From positions 73 through 64,072 of the forward strand of contig JAUHYM010000001.1 of assembly GCA_030426515.1 (NCBI GenBank): a stretch of DNA of 64,000 bases. The letters are read 5' to 3'. Shown piece by piece: positions 28,929 through 39,578 of the stretch. This DNA comes from Actinomycetes bacterium. GTDB lineage: Bacteria; Actinomycetota; Actinomycetes; Actinomycetales; Microbacteriaceae. The notes beneath the pieces are model-generated. The model worked only from the letters and a program-made list of their open reading frames with translations. It had not been told where the DNA came from and searched no databases. Each line of letters opens with the position of its first letter. The first letter of the stretch is position 1. The position numbers and the translations under genes were made by a program.

Positions 28929-29831
28929 TCAGCCGACCGTGGTGAGCAGGTCGCCCGCCCACAGGCGCAGCTGACCGTTCGCGGTCGCGAGAGCCACCGG
29001 GCCGTCCGCCGGGGCATCCGCGACACACGTCGCCGCGCCCGCGCCGGAGGTCACCAGGACACCCACACAGTCAGGCGTGCTGCTCGCGACCGCGACGCCG
29101 TCGCCGTCGATCGCCACCGCGACGACGGCGCCGGTGGTGGAGATCTCGGCCCACCCATCGCCGTCGCGCGTGAAGGCGCCGCCCTCGCAGATCACCGCGA
29201 CAGTACCGCTCTGGGCGCGCAGACCCCACGCCTCGGCGCAGGGGGCGTCGATCGCCCCGTCGGGGGTGACCACACGGCTCGGGTCGCCGAAATCGACGTA
29301 GGTGCTGCCGGCAAGGACATCCGGGTAGGACTCCCAGAAGTCGCCGCCCGTGAAGGTGCGCAGTGCCTGCGCCTCACACCCCTCGCCCATTCCCGCGACC
29401 ATCTCGGCCTGGGCGGCATCGAACGGGTCGAGCGATGCGACCTGGGCGATGCCCAGATACGTCGGCGTCACGTCGGTGAAGGTCGCGCCGTTGTCGGTCG
29501 ACCGTTCGACGAGCGGCGCCGTGCCGTCGGTGCAGCTGCCCGCCGTCGCGCGCCACACGCTCGTCTCGCCGGTCACGACCAGGAATCGCTGCGCGTCCAG
29601 GTCGACGGGGGCGGCCTCCGGGGTCGGCGTCGGAGTGGGGGTCGCCGTCGGTGTTGGGCTCGCCGTGATCGTCCCGAGGCTCGCGGACGCGGCCGGGGTC
29701 GGCTCAGCGGCCGACGGGTTCACATGGCGGTAGGCGAGCCACGCAAGCACGATGACGACGACCGTGAGGATGCCGACGAGCACCCCCGCCGTCCACTTGG
29801 CGGAGGCACTGTCGCGACTGCGCTGTGCCAT
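28929..29831 (-). CDS. Hypothetical membrane-anchored extracellular protein
   Basis: N-terminal TM, PT linker, BNR-like RSTDNGATF and RTFTGGDFW, several Cys. Confidence 0.8.
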   Translation of the reverse strand: MAQRSRDSASAKWTAGVLVGILTVVVIVLAWLAYRHVNPSAAEPTPAASASLGTITASPTPTATPTPTPTPEAAPVDLDAQRFLVVTGETSVWRATAGSCTDGTAPLVERSTDNGATFTDVTPTYLGIAQVASLDPFDAAQAEMVAGMGEGCEAQALRTFTGGDFWESYPDVLAGSTYVDFGDPSRVVTPDGAIDAPCAEAWGLRAQSGTVAVICEGGAFTRDGDGWAEISTTGAVVAVAIDGDGVAVASSTPDCVGVLVTSGAGAATCVADAPADGPVALATANGQLRLWAGDLLTTVG

Positions 29832-29840
29832 GAGAGGGAC

Positions 29841-31328
29841 CTATGCGGTTCGGTGTTCGTTCGACGAGCGGCGAAGCGGCTGCGCGTTCTCGTCGAAGGC
29901 CGCGATGTCGAGATCCTCGGGCTTCGTCTTCGTCTTCTTGCTCTTGCGTGCCGCGCGGGTCGTCTGAGCGTCGAGCTGATCGCCGTAGCCGTACCCGTAC
30001 CCGTACCCGTAGGCATCCGGCCCCTTGGTCGCCACCATCGTCATGACGATGCCGGCGAGGCGCGAGTCGACGGTCTCGAGGCGCTCGAGTGCGCTGTCGA
30101 GCTGGTGCGTCGTCGTCTTGCCGGCAGCGACGATCATGATCGCACCGGTCGTCATACGCGAGAGGATGGCGGCGTCGGTGACGGGAAGAAGCGGGGGAGC
30201 GTCGCAGATGACGTAGTCGAAGTCGCGTTCGAGCGCCTCGAGCAGCTGCTGCATCTGCGGGGAACCGAGCAGCTCGCTCGGGTTCGGCGGGATCTTTCCC
30301 GTCGGCATGACATACAGGCTGCGGTTTCCCCACGGAAGCATCACGTCGCCGACGCGCACGCGCCCGATGAGGGCGTCGGTCAGGCCGACACCGCCCTCGA
30401 TGCCGAGGTACTCGGCGACGCGAGGCTTGCGCAGGTCGCAGTCCAGCAGCGCTACCTTCTTGCCCGCGTCGGCGAGAGCGACCGCGAGGTTGATCGCGGT
30501 CGAGGACTTGCCCTCGGCAGGGACACTGGAGGTGATGACGAAGCTGTGTGAGCCTTCGACGTCGATGAAGCTCAGGTTCGTGCGCACGACACGGAATGCC
30601 TCAGACCGCGGGTTGAGCGGATCGGCGTGCAGAATCAGTGGCCGCTCCTTCGCCTTCGAGTCGAAGGGGATCGCTCCGATGATCGGGCGGTCCGTGAGCA
30701 GCTCGACATCCTTGGCGGTGCGGATGCGGTTGTCGAGGACGGCGCGCAGCACGGCGACGCCGATGCCGAGAGCCAGCCCCACCAGTGCGCCGAGCGCGAG
30801 GTTCAGGGGCACGTTCGGGCTGACGGGAGCCGTCGGCACGGTGGCATCCTGCACGCGCGTCAGCTTGACGGGGCTTGCCTCTGCTTCGGGCGGGGTCTCG
30901 ATCTCGTCGACGGCGACGGTCAGGCTCTCACCCAGCGCGTTCGCTATCGCGGCAGCCTGGGCCGGGTCGGCATCCTGCACGCTGATGTTGATCAGTGTGG
31001 TGTTCAGCGGTGCCGACGCGGTCACTTCCTGCGCGACTTCCTCCGCCGTCATATCGAGTCCGAGAGCCTCGATCACCGGGTCGATCACGATCGGCGTCGT
31101 GATGAGGTTCACGTAGGTGTTGACGCGTGCTTCTGAGAAGTTCGACCCCTGCTGGAGTTCACCGATCGACGACCCCGACTGCGTCGAGATCGCGACCTTC
31201 GATTCCGCGTCATAGAGCGGTGTGCGGGTCAGCGAGAAGACCGCGGCGATGCCGATGCCCACCAGCGTGAGCACCACGATGATGAGCCAGTTCTTCCGCA
31301 GGATGCGGATGTAGTCGCTGAGTTCCAT
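29841..31328 (-). CDS. Polysaccharide biosynthesis tyrosine autokinase (Wzc/CpsCD fusion)
   Basis: MELSDYIRILRKNW, EAFRVVRTNL, AEGKSS, DCDLRKP, DAPPLL, C-terminal YGYGYGYGYG. Confidence 0.95.
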   Translation of the reverse strand: MELSDYIRILRKNWLIIVVLTLVGIGIAAVFSLTRTPLYDAESKVAISTQSGSSIGELQQGSNFSEARVNTYVNLITTPIVIDPVIEALGLDMTAEEVAQEVTASAPLNTTLINISVQDADPAQAAAIANALGESLTVAVDEIETPPEAEASPVKLTRVQDATVPTAPVSPNVPLNLALGALVGLALGIGVAVLRAVLDNRIRTAKDVELLTDRPIIGAIPFDSKAKERPLILHADPLNPRSEAFRVVRTNLSFIDVEGSHSFVITSSVPAEGKSSTAINLAVALADAGKKVALLDCDLRKPRVAEYLGIEGGVGLTDALIGRVRVGDVMLPWGNRSLYVMPTGKIPPNPSELLGSPQMQQLLEALERDFDYVICDAPPLLPVTDAAILSRMTTGAIMIVAAGKTTTHQLDSALERLETVDSRLAGIVMTMVATKGPDAYGYGYGYGYGDQLDAQTTRAARKSKKTKTKPEDLDIAAFDENAQPLRRSSNEHRTA

Positions 31329-31405
31329 GCTGCCTTCGGGTCGGTGCGTTGCAGACATCCTCCCACACGCGCCCCGTGGGCCTGCTGTGACGGATGTGAC
31401 GGGCG

Positions 31406-32005
31406 CTAGGACGTGGGGCTCAGGCACGCCCGCACCACGCGGGTCACCTGCTCGAGCGCCGGATAGAGCTGAGCGGCCGAGAGCTGGTACGTCTCCCACG
31501 GCTGACGGTACGGGTCGATCACGTCGTCTTCGGCAGGGTCTGCGGGCGGGTCGACGATGCCGCGCATGCCCGCCACCGCGTCGATCGCGGCGCGAAGGCG
31601 CGAAGCGTCGTCGTCGCCACGGGCGATCGCCGCGTACAGATCCGCGTCGCTGAGCGCCGCCGCGAGGCGGGCGAACTCCCGTGCGGTGAACGCGACGCGC
31701 AGCTTCGCGGGGTCGAGCTCGACGATCGACCGGCGGTGCTCACGGGCCATCGCCAGCGCGAGATCGACACCGGCCAGTTCAGCCTCGGTGAGGAATCGGC
31801 CCGCGTGCGCCTCGGGGTCGCCGGCGCGTGCACCCAGCTCGCGGGAGAGGTGCTGTGCCTCTGCGGGCATCGGGGTGCCGGTCAGCCCGTGCGTGCCGGC
31901 GCTGCGCACGGTGACGTCGGGGGAGTCGATCTGCGCGCGCAGCAGCTGCTCGGCCAGAGGCGACCGGCAGATGTTGCCGGTGCAGACAGTCAGGATCGTG
32001 ATCAT
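31406..32005 (-). CDS. Low-molecular-weight protein-tyrosine phosphatase (Wzb-like)
   Basis: VCTGNICRSP, DVIDPY. Confidence 0.95.
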   Translation of the reverse strand: MITILTVCTGNICRSPLAEQLLRAQIDSPDVTVRSAGTHGLTGTPMPAEAQHLSRELGARAGDPEAHAGRFLTEAELAGVDLALAMAREHRRSIVELDPAKLRVAFTAREFARLAAALSDADLYAAIARGDDDASRLRAAIDAVAGMRGIVDPPADPAEDDVIDPYRQPWETYQLSAAQLYPALEQVTRVVRACLSPTS

Positions 32006-32184
32006 GGCGCGGGCCTCTCTCCGGTGGCAGGCGTCGTGTGCGGGGCTGGCTGTGGCAGAGCGGTCGGCGCATCTGCCCTGCCCAGCTTACGGGCGGCGCG
32101 CGCACCTCAACGCTGCGCCGCCGACACGGATGCCGCACGGGGCCGTCACGGTGATTCCCCAGTCATCTCGCCTACTGTGAACGG

Positions 32185-34062
32185 GTGCCCGAATCACGCC
32201 GATCCGCCCGCGCCCAGCGCGAGGCCGCGCGTCACGACGACGCGCGCTCTGACGACGACCTCTACACCGATCGCCCGCGCCGCAGCCGTAAGGGCCTGTG
32301 GATCACACTCGGCGTCTTGGGCGGCATCCTGCTGATCGGGGTCGGGCTGGGCGCGACGGCGATCGTGGTCGGGCCGCGGATCGCCGACAACGCGATCGAG
32401 GCGGCCGACGAGCTCGAGAAGGCGGTGCCGATCGCCTCGACCCTGCAGCAGCAGATCATCGACGGCGACACCGAGGGGGCTGCCGCCTCGGTCGACGAGA
32501 TGCAGGTGCACACCTCGGCCGCACGGGCGCTGACCGAAGACGGCATGTGGACGACCTTCGAATGGGTGCCCTGGGTGGGCGAGAACCTGTCTGCCGTGCG
32601 CAAGGCCGTCGCCGCCGCCGACGACCTCGTCGTGGGCGTCGCGCGCCCCGCGACGACACTCAGCCTCGATGCGCTGCGCCCCGTCGACGGCCGCATCGAC
32701 ATGGCGCAGCTCGCCGAGGTGCAGGCGATCGTCGACGACGCGTACGCGACCGTCGAGCAGGTGGGCGCGTCGCTCGACACGATCAACCGAGACGCCGTCA
32801 TCCCTCAGGTGCGCGACGGGGTGCGTCAGCTCGACGATCTGATGGCCAAGGTCGAGCCGTACTTCGAGCCGCTCGATCGCACCCTCGAGGTGCTGCCCAC
32901 CGCGCTCGGCGCCGACGGCCCCCGCAACTACCTGCTGCTGGTGCAGAACAACGCCGAGTCGCGCGGCACCGGCGGCAACCCGGCGGCGATCCTGCTGCTG
33001 ACGGTCGACGACGGCAAGATCTCGATCGCCCAGCAGGCCAAGACCCAGGACTTCAACAACAACCGCGACGAGTCGATCCTGCCCCTCGACGACGGCCTGA
33101 CCGCGCTCTACGGCGACAAGGTCGGGCGGTACATCCAGGACATCACGGTCACCCCCTCGTTCGCCGAGTCGGCAGAGCTCGTGCGGGCGTTCTGGGACGA
33201 GTCGTTCGACACCCCGATCGACGCGGTGATCTCCACCGACCCCGTCGCGCTCGCCCGGCTGCTGAAGGCGACCGGACCGGTCGAGCTGCCCACCGGCGAG
33301 ACCCTGACCTCGCAGAACGCCGTCAAGGTGCTGCTCAGCGACGTGTACTGGAACTACGAACCCGAGCAGACCGACGAGGTCTTCGCCGTCGCGGCATCCT
33401 CGGTGTTCGACACGCTGACCTCGGGGTCGGCCGAACCGCGCGAGCTGCTCGCCGCCGTCGTCGACATCGCCGAAGAAGGGCGCCTGCTCTACGTGCCGGC
33501 CGACGAGGCCGAGTACGAGTACCTGGCGGGCACCCGCATCCTGGGCGAGTTCCCCGCCGACAACGCGGAGACGACCCTCCTCGGCGCGTACATCGACGAC
33601 GTCACCGAAGGCAAGCTCGACTACTACCTCGACACCGCCGTCACGGTGAGCACCGACATGTGCACCACCGAGAGCGACCCCACCTTCACCATCAGCATGA
33701 CCCTCGACCACACCCTCGACCCGTCGCGGGTCGACGCGCTGCCGCGCTACGTGTCGCCGGCGCGCTTCTTCCCGAAGGGGCACATCTCGAGCGACGTGTC
33801 GGTCTACGGGCCCGCGGGGGCAGAGCTCGTCGACATCCAGGTCGACGGTTCGGACAAGAACGCGAAGACCGCCACCCACCTGGGGCGGCCGGCGGCGCTC
33901 GTCAACGTGCGCAGTACCCCCGGGTCGACGCATACCGTCACCGCGACCTTCCAGGGCACCGCCGACACCGACTACGGCGACCTCGAAGCCTGGTACACCC
34001 CCATGGTGCGCAACACGCCGGTGACGATCGACGCTCCGGGCTGCGACACAGCAGGGGGATAG
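32185..34062 (+). CDS. DUF4012 domain protein
   Basis: TM, helical region, RNYLLLVQNNAESRGTGG, DAVISTDP, KLDYYL; TACTGT -10 at 32173-32178. Confidence 0.88.
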   Translation: MPESRRSARAQREAARHDDARSDDDLYTDRPRRSRKGLWITLGVLGGILLIGVGLGATAIVVGPRIADNAIEAADELEKAVPIASTLQQQIIDGDTEGAAASVDEMQVHTSAARALTEDGMWTTFEWVPWVGENLSAVRKAVAAADDLVVGVARPATTLSLDALRPVDGRIDMAQLAEVQAIVDDAYATVEQVGASLDTINRDAVIPQVRDGVRQLDDLMAKVEPYFEPLDRTLEVLPTALGADGPRNYLLLVQNNAESRGTGGNPAAILLLTVDDGKISIAQQAKTQDFNNNRDESILPLDDGLTALYGDKVGRYIQDITVTPSFAESAELVRAFWDESFDTPIDAVISTDPVALARLLKATGPVELPTGETLTSQNAVKVLLSDVYWNYEPEQTDEVFAVAASSVFDTLTSGSAEPRELLAAVVDIAEEGRLLYVPADEAEYEYLAGTRILGEFPADNAETTLLGAYIDDVTEGKLDYYLDTAVTVSTDMCTTESDPTFTISMTLDHTLDPSRVDALPRYVSPARFFPKGHISSDVSVYGPAGAELVDIQVDGSDKNAKTATHLGRPAALVNVRSTPGSTHTVTATFQGTADTDYGDLEAWYTPMVRNTPVTIDAPGCDTAGG

Positions 34063-34098
34063 TCGCGACACAGGCGCGCGCAATAGGCTCAGTGCACG

Positions 34099-34812
34099 AT
34101 GAAGGTCATCTCGTACAACCTCCGCAAGCACCGCGCCATCGGTGAGCTCGCCCACCTGGCCGACCGACACGCGCCCGATGTCGTCTGCCTGCAAGAGGCC
34201 GACACCACCGACATCCCCGATGAGGTGGCAGGGCTGCGCCTCGCCGACGCGACCTCACGCAATCGGCTGGGGCTTGCGGTCTACTACCGCGAGAACAGTA
34301 TGCGCGCGCTCGAGGTGCGGTCGATGGCGCTGAAGAAGTCGCTGCACGACCATGTGCTGCGCCCCGCGCACGAACGGATGCTGGCGGTGCGCCTGCACGA
34401 CATCGACGCGGGGCAGGAGGTCATCGTCGCCTCGTTCCACGCCGCTCCCCTCACAGCACTGAACTCGCTGCGCCGCCACCAGATCCGCACCGCCCTCGAC
34501 TCGATCGAGCAGCTGGGCCCCGGGCTGCCCGCCCTCATGGTGGGGGACTACAACTATCCGGCGTTCAAAGAGCGGCTGAGCCAGCACATCCGCGACCATG
34601 GGTACGCGCTCACCCTCAGCGACTCACGCACCTACACGCGGTACCGGTTCTTCAAGGGGCACTACGATTTCGCCACCAGCCAGGGGTTCGACATCGAGCG
34701 GATCCGGACCCTGCCGCAGGGATCCAGCGACCACCTGCCGATCCTGGTGACCGCCGACGTGCAGGTGAACCGGACGACCGAGGACGGCGCCGTGGTGGAG
34801 CCGGTCGAGTAG
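34099..34812 (+). CDS. Endonuclease/exonuclease/phosphatase family protein
   Basis: VISYNL, VCLQE, VGDYN, SDHLPI. Confidence 0.9.
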   Translation: MKVISYNLRKHRAIGELAHLADRHAPDVVCLQEADTTDIPDEVAGLRLADATSRNRLGLAVYYRENSMRALEVRSMALKKSLHDHVLRPAHERMLAVRLHDIDAGQEVIVASFHAAPLTALNSLRRHQIRTALDSIEQLGPGLPALMVGDYNYPAFKERLSQHIRDHGYALTLSDSRTYTRYRFFKGHYDFATSQGFDIERIRTLPQGSSDHLPILVTADVQVNRTTEDGAVVEPVE

Positions 34813-34815
34813 GGG

Positions 34816-35295
34816 TCAGCGCCGGGCGGGTCGCCGAGTGCTCAGCCACTCGACGACCCTGACCATCAGCAGGCCGACGCACGCACCCGTGACGTTCGCG
34901 ACGATGTCGAGCACGCTCGGTGTGCGGCGATCCAGCGCCACCGCCTGCGCCGCCTCGATCGCCACCGTCGTCACGATCGCGATCGGCACAACCAGGTGCC
35001 GGCTGCGCAGCAGGATCGCAACCAGGATCCCGAGCGGGACGAACAGCGCGATGTTCGCGGCGAACTCGACCCGGGCGAGGGTCGCCCACGGGATCAGGCG
35101 GTTCAGCGCCAGCAGGAGCGGCCGCGCGTCACGGTCGACCGGGTCCGGCCAGAACGCGATGCCCGCGAGGGCCACGACATAGACGGCGAGGGCGAGGGCC
35201 GCGGCGATTCGCAGGCCGCGCGGGGCTGGGTTGCGCGGGGGCGACGGCGGCGCGGGGGCCGTTGTGGGGGCGGCGCTGCTGCTCGGGGTGGTCAC
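34816..35295 (-). CDS. VanZ family membrane protein
   Basis: EFAANIALFVPLG, IEAAQ, RTPSVLDIVANVTG. Confidence 0.9.
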   Translation of the reverse strand: MTTPSSSAAPTTAPAPPSPPRNPAPRGLRIAAALALAVYVVALAGIAFWPDPVDRDARPLLLALNRLIPWATLARVEFAANIALFVPLGILVAILLRSRHLVVPIAIVTTVAIEAAQAVALDRRTPSVLDIVANVTGACVGLLMVRVVEWLSTRRPARR

Positions 35296-35420
35296 GGTAA
35301 CTCCTCATGCTGGGAGCGCCGCGACGGTGCCGCGCAAGGTATCAGACGAGAGTAGCCGAGCGCGACGGCCTGGGGGGATCTGCTCGTGCCCAGCGCACAT
35401 GGGTGACCTCACGACGGGAC

Positions 35421-36304
35421 CGTGAGATTTTGCAGGCGCGTAACCTGCCGGGGGTACCCGCCGTCGGGCCACCGGTTCGATCAGACGACGCTGAAGCATG
35501 ACGAGGTCGTCACGGCGCCGTGGGACCTGGGCACCTACGGTTCGCATGGCTACTACCTGTATACGCGTACATGGGAGGACAACGCCCTCGCGAACGTCGT
35601 GAAGCAGGGGTACCTCCGCATGCGCACCTGGGCGTTCTGACGAGCGGAGTGAGATCCTGGCGACGATCGGCAGCATTCACGACGCTCTCGCGTCGCATCG
35701 CGCGATCACGGACGCGCGCGACGCGAGCGATGTCGGCGCGGCGATCGATCGGCTGCACGTCATGGTCGAAGGTGGCGAGGCCCTCGCGCACGAGGCATCC
35801 ACGGCCACAGTCCTCGCCGTAGCGCCCGAAGCCCGCGATATCGAGCATGTGCAGCGATCGATGCGCCGCGGGGAGAAGCCCTCGGTGAGCGCCACGACGA
35901 ACAAGGCGGCGATCGGGCGGCTTCTTACACACAGCGGCACGTGGGAGTGCGGTGTCGGTGTCCAGCTGGCCCCAATCGACGCGCAGGCCGACGTGCTCGC
36001 CCGCGAGGCTCCCGCGATGTGGCGGGAGTGGATCGCCGCGGGCGACATCTCCAGCTCGGCGGCCGACGACCCCCACGTGCGCGTGGTGATGCCCCGGTGG
36101 TCATGTGGTGCGCGCCTTGCCGGTGACTGTGTCGCGGCGGCATCACTCGTGCTCGGGCGTGAGCGCCTGTGGTCGTCGAGTGCGGCGGTTCGCTGCGCGT
36201 TCTCGGGTCTGCGCGGTGAGGTGCGTGCCGATATTTCGGACATGCACCAGACGGTGATGGCGGTCGGCCGGCGCGAACTCGCCGACGGTGGCCGCGGGCG
36301 CTGA
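35421..36304 (+). pseudogene. Decayed gene of unknown family with two apparent +1 frameshifts
   Basis: Coding-like GC3 switches frame at the G-run 35450-35454 and at T35638; removing one base at each gives REILQARNLPGYPPSGHRFDQ...RTWAFDERSEILATIG...; no clear start. Confidence 0.55.
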
Positions 36305-36480
36305 CGCGAGGCCTAGTCTGCTCACCGCGGCGTGCGGGGCTCTGGTACAACTGACCGGGCGGATCTGGCGCCGCACCTCGGGGCCGGGGGCAGAAGCGAC
36401 GAGACGGACACCAGATCACGACCTCCGCGGTAGCCGAACACCTCGGGACCTCCCGGTCTACGATTCGCTTCGGCCGCACA

Positions 36481-37335
36481 TCACGTGAAGTTCGACCACG
36501 GGTTCGCCTCGGGCGGAGCGGGAGTGGGCGGTGCGGGAGCGCTTGGCGGCACGCTCGAACGGGCATCGACCGCGCGGGGCTGCCGTGCCGGAACGAATGC
36601 GGCCCACACGACCCAGAGGGCGAGCACGATCGCCGCCGCGAGCATGAGGTACCAACCCGCGCCGAACTCGATGGATGCCGACCCTGCGAAGTCGGTGAGG
36701 TCGAGCGCGTCCACGTCGACGCCCAGTCCTGCGAGGGGCAGGCTCTCGGGCGTCAGACCGACGAAGCGAGTCACATCGCCGACGGTGACGGCGATGTCCG
36801 CCACGCCGGCGAGGGCATCCTGCACAGCCTTCGTCACGGCGCCGAGGAGCCCGATCGCGAATGCCCACAGCACGAGGGGAGCGGTAAGGAGGGCTGCGCC
36901 GAGGTGCACCATCCCGAGCGCGGCCACGAGCACCGCCACCGCGACCACGACGATGAGCGTCAGGATGATGACGGTGTCGAGAAATCGGCCCGTGGGTAGC
37001 AGCGGGATGGGGGAGGAGTCGTTTATGCGCACGATCCACCAGGGGAGCACGAGCGCGACGAAGATCATCAGGGCCGGCACCGCGAGCACGATGGCGTTGA
37101 CCCGCAATCGACGGGGCCGATGCAGGCGCCTCGCTTCGGGCGTGCGCCGTGCCGTCGCGATGATCGCCGCCACGATTGGCCCGATGACCGGCACGAGGAT
37201 GCCGAGAAGGATGCCGAGCCACAACGGAAAGCGCGTCCACGTGGCGAGCGCGGCGCCGAAGAGGCTGCCCGCGACGATGTGCACGATGAGCACGACCAGC
37301 CCCACACTCCACAGCGATGCGTACACGACCTCCAC
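36481..37335 (-). CDS. Multi-TM membrane protein, last gene of the GTPase/tubulin operon
   Basis: ~6 hydrophobic segments; GTG with GGAG RBS 30 bp after the GTPase stop. Confidence 0.75.
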   Translation of the reverse strand: MEVVYASLWSVGLVVLIVHIVAGSLFGAALATWTRFPLWLGILLGILVPVIGPIVAAIIATARRTPEARRLHRPRRLRVNAIVLAVPALMIFVALVLPWWIVRINDSSPIPLLPTGRFLDTVIILTLIVVVAVAVLVAALGMVHLGAALLTAPLVLWAFAIGLLGAVTKAVQDALAGVADIAVTVGDVTRFVGLTPESLPLAGLGVDVDALDLTDFAGSASIEFGAGWYLMLAAAIVLALWVVWAAFVPARQPRAVDARSSVPPSAPAPPTPAPPEANPWSNFT

Positions 37336-37365
37336 GAGGCGACTCCCTCTCCCGGCCTGGTTGGT

Positions 37366-38556
37366 TTAGATCGCGCCGGTCTGACTGAGCGCCCACTTGA
37401 GGGGGTCCACAGCGCGGAACGGTGCGATCCCTCGGCCATCGAGCATGTTCCCGCGCGGCGCGTGTCCGAGTACCGAGACCGCGAAGAATTGGTGCTGCAC
37501 ACGGTCGGCGCGATTCTCGAGCTGAGCGACGATACCCGCGCCGCCGAGTTTGAGCACGAGGCTGCGCACCTCCGCGCTGAGCAGGTCACCATCGGCGGTG
37601 TCATAGACGAGTTCGCGCTCGCTGGGGTCGCGCGCGAAGGCCGCGCCACGGTGCGACATCAGCTCGCTCCATTGCGGCTTGCCCTCGAGATCGCGGAACT
37701 CTTCGAGCGCGTCGAACTTCGAGACCACCACCCCGATGGGAGGTGACTGTCCACCGGCACCCTCACGAACGAGGGTGAGCACGTTGGCGATGACGGGGAT
37801 CGGGTCGTGTCCCACATCGGGCGGCAATGGAATGATTCCCGCCAGGTTGGCGCGCACATCGGGTACGGCGAGCGGGTCGAAGAGGAACAGGACGGCGTCG
37901 GCGCGGCCGAAGAACGAGAAGTGCAGCCGCGACGTCGGAAGGTCTTCCATGTCCTCCCCGGCGACATCGCGCACGACGAGATACTGTTTGCGCTTCTTAA
38001 TCAGGCCGAGATCGAAGATGAGGGGCTGCCGCTGATACGCTCCCTGGCTCTCGGCCTTCGGCGTCGATTGCAGCACGCCGCGCGCATCGAGCGGTGCCTG
38101 GTAGTTAATCCGGAAGACTTCGGCGAGCTCCGGCGATAGTGAGAGCTGCGACTTGGCGTGCGTCAGGAGCAGACGCTCGAGTTTGTCGATTCCCATCGCG
38201 ATATAGAGGCTCTTGCCGGAGGCGCGCGCACCGCTCATGACGATGCACGTGACGTCGCCGTCGCCCCACCCCGTTGGGAGCGCGAAGTGGCAGACCTGGC
38301 AGATGTCGACCATCCGCTCCGCGCACACCGGGCACGGCGGAACAGCGGGCGGCCACTTGCCCTGGGCCTTGCCTTCCTTGCGACGCTGGGTGAACTGCTG
38401 CTCCGTATCGGCGTACATCGGACGCGCGGGCAGGTCGAACCCTGCGAAATTGCTAGCGGCATCGTCGCGGAAGTCCTGCACACAGGAGTCGTTGGTGCAG
38501 GCCCACGCTTTCTGCTGCGACGGGAGGCCCGAGAAGCACTGCGGACACTTGATCAC
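37366..38556 (-). CDS. TRAFAC-type GTPase (DO-GTPase2-like) with N-terminal Zn ribbon
   Basis: CPQC..C..C..CPVC..CQVC; G1 GARASGKS, G2 QSTP, G3 DVAGE, G4 SKFD, G5 AVSVLG. Confidence 0.85.
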   Translation of the reverse strand: MIKCPQCFSGLPSQQKAWACTNDSCVQDFRDDAASNFAGFDLPARPMYADTEQQFTQRRKEGKAQGKWPPAVPPCPVCAERMVDICQVCHFALPTGWGDGDVTCIVMSGARASGKSLYIAMGIDKLERLLLTHAKSQLSLSPELAEVFRINYQAPLDARGVLQSTPKAESQGAYQRQPLIFDLGLIKKRKQYLVVRDVAGEDMEDLPTSRLHFSFFGRADAVLFLFDPLAVPDVRANLAGIIPLPPDVGHDPIPVIANVLTLVREGAGGQSPPIGVVVSKFDALEEFRDLEGKPQWSELMSHRGAAFARDPSERELVYDTADGDLLSAEVRSLVLKLGGAGIVAQLENRADRVQHQFFAVSVLGHAPRGNMLDGRGIAPFRAVDPLKWALSQTGAI

Positions 38557-39578
38557 GAGGAGACCTTTCGATCGAAACCGGCGGAGGTGGAGTGCCGCAG
38601 GAGCGCGTCAACGATCTCCGGCAGGGCCAGCGCGCCGGGTGACGCGGTGGAGCTCTCGAGGGCATCAGCGTCGAAGAAGGTGAAGCTGACCCCATCGACT
38701 TCGGGTGGTGGGGTCATCGAGGCGTGGCCCACGACGATGATGTTGAGCGCGGTGGATGCCGCAGCCGCGGCCGTGGCGAGGGATGCGAGTCCTGCCGGCA
38801 CGTCGTCGGTCAGCACCCACGTGCGAGTTGGTCCGTGCGACGCCGATCGGAAGAGCTCGGGCTCGGACAACCGTGCGCCGACCGCTCGCGGGGAACTGCT
38901 GAGCAATGCGCTCACTTCGGCCGACAGTCCCGTCAGGCCATCGATCGTCGCGGTTCTCACGACCGGCCCTGATACGGCGACCCCGACGCGGTAGTCGCCG
39001 ATAATCGCGATCACCCCGGAGAGCACGTCGACGGCCTGCCGCACGATGGTCTCGGACAGGGTGCGGAACGACGCCGACCCGTCGAGGAGCACCCGTACCG
39101 TCGCCCTCGCGTCGCCCGAAACGCGCGCAGAGTCGAGCAGATCTGCCGTTGCGGCGCGCGCCGCTTCGCCCACGGGCGAGAGTTCGATGCGTTCGCCGTC
39201 GCCGGCGACCACCCGTACGACAACCTGGCCGTCCTCGAGCGAGAGCTCGGCGATGTCTTGCATCGACAGCCCGCCCACGCTGAGTGGTCCGATCTCGACG
39301 GCATATGTGGCTACCTCGAGCACGACGGTGACCACGCTGCCGGAGGGAAAGGTGCCGTCGGCTTCGACGCGGATCGTCGCGCCCTCGATGTGGTCGACGC
39401 CCACGATGACTGTCCCGGGCGGCGGTGGCACCGCGGGAAGCGGGACGGCGGCACCTGACGGCGCGACCGCGCGAGGATGCGCGACCGCTCCCACCGGCGC
39501 GATGAAGGTGCGCGCGACGAGAAGGCCCGCGGGGACGCGCGCTTCTTTGTCGCGCTCATTCAACACGAGCTTGGGCAT
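38553..39578 (-). CDS. Hypothetical protein: beta-rich (possibly TerD-like) N-terminus + vWA-like C-terminus
   Basis: VRVLLDGSASF (DxSxS MIDAS), WVLTDDVP; overlaps both neighbours. Confidence 0.65.
   Translation of the reverse strand: MPKLVLNERDKEARVPAGLLVARTFIAPVGAVAHPRAVAPSGAAVPLPAVPPPPGTVIVGVDHIEGATIRVEADGTFPSGSVVTVVLEVATYAVEIGPLSVGGLSMQDIAELSLEDGQVVVRVVAGDGERIELSPVGEAARAATADLLDSARVSGDARATVRVLLDGSASFRTLSETIVRQAVDVLSGVIAIIGDYRVGVAVSGPVVRTATIDGLTGLSAEVSALLSSSPRAVGARLSEPELFRSASHGPTRTWVLTDDVPAGLASLATAAAAASTALNIIVVGHASMTPPPEVDGVSFTFFDADALESSTASPGALALPEIVDALLRHSTSAGFDRKVSS

Noticed and set aside
29984-30011. (CCGTAC)n microsatellite as a phase-variation tract
   Set aside because: Encodes the YG tyrosine cluster of Wzc; a 6-bp unit does not shift frame
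34816-35295. Glycopeptide resistance cluster
   Set aside because: A lone VanZ-family gene is common near EPS loci; no vanHAX or vanRS
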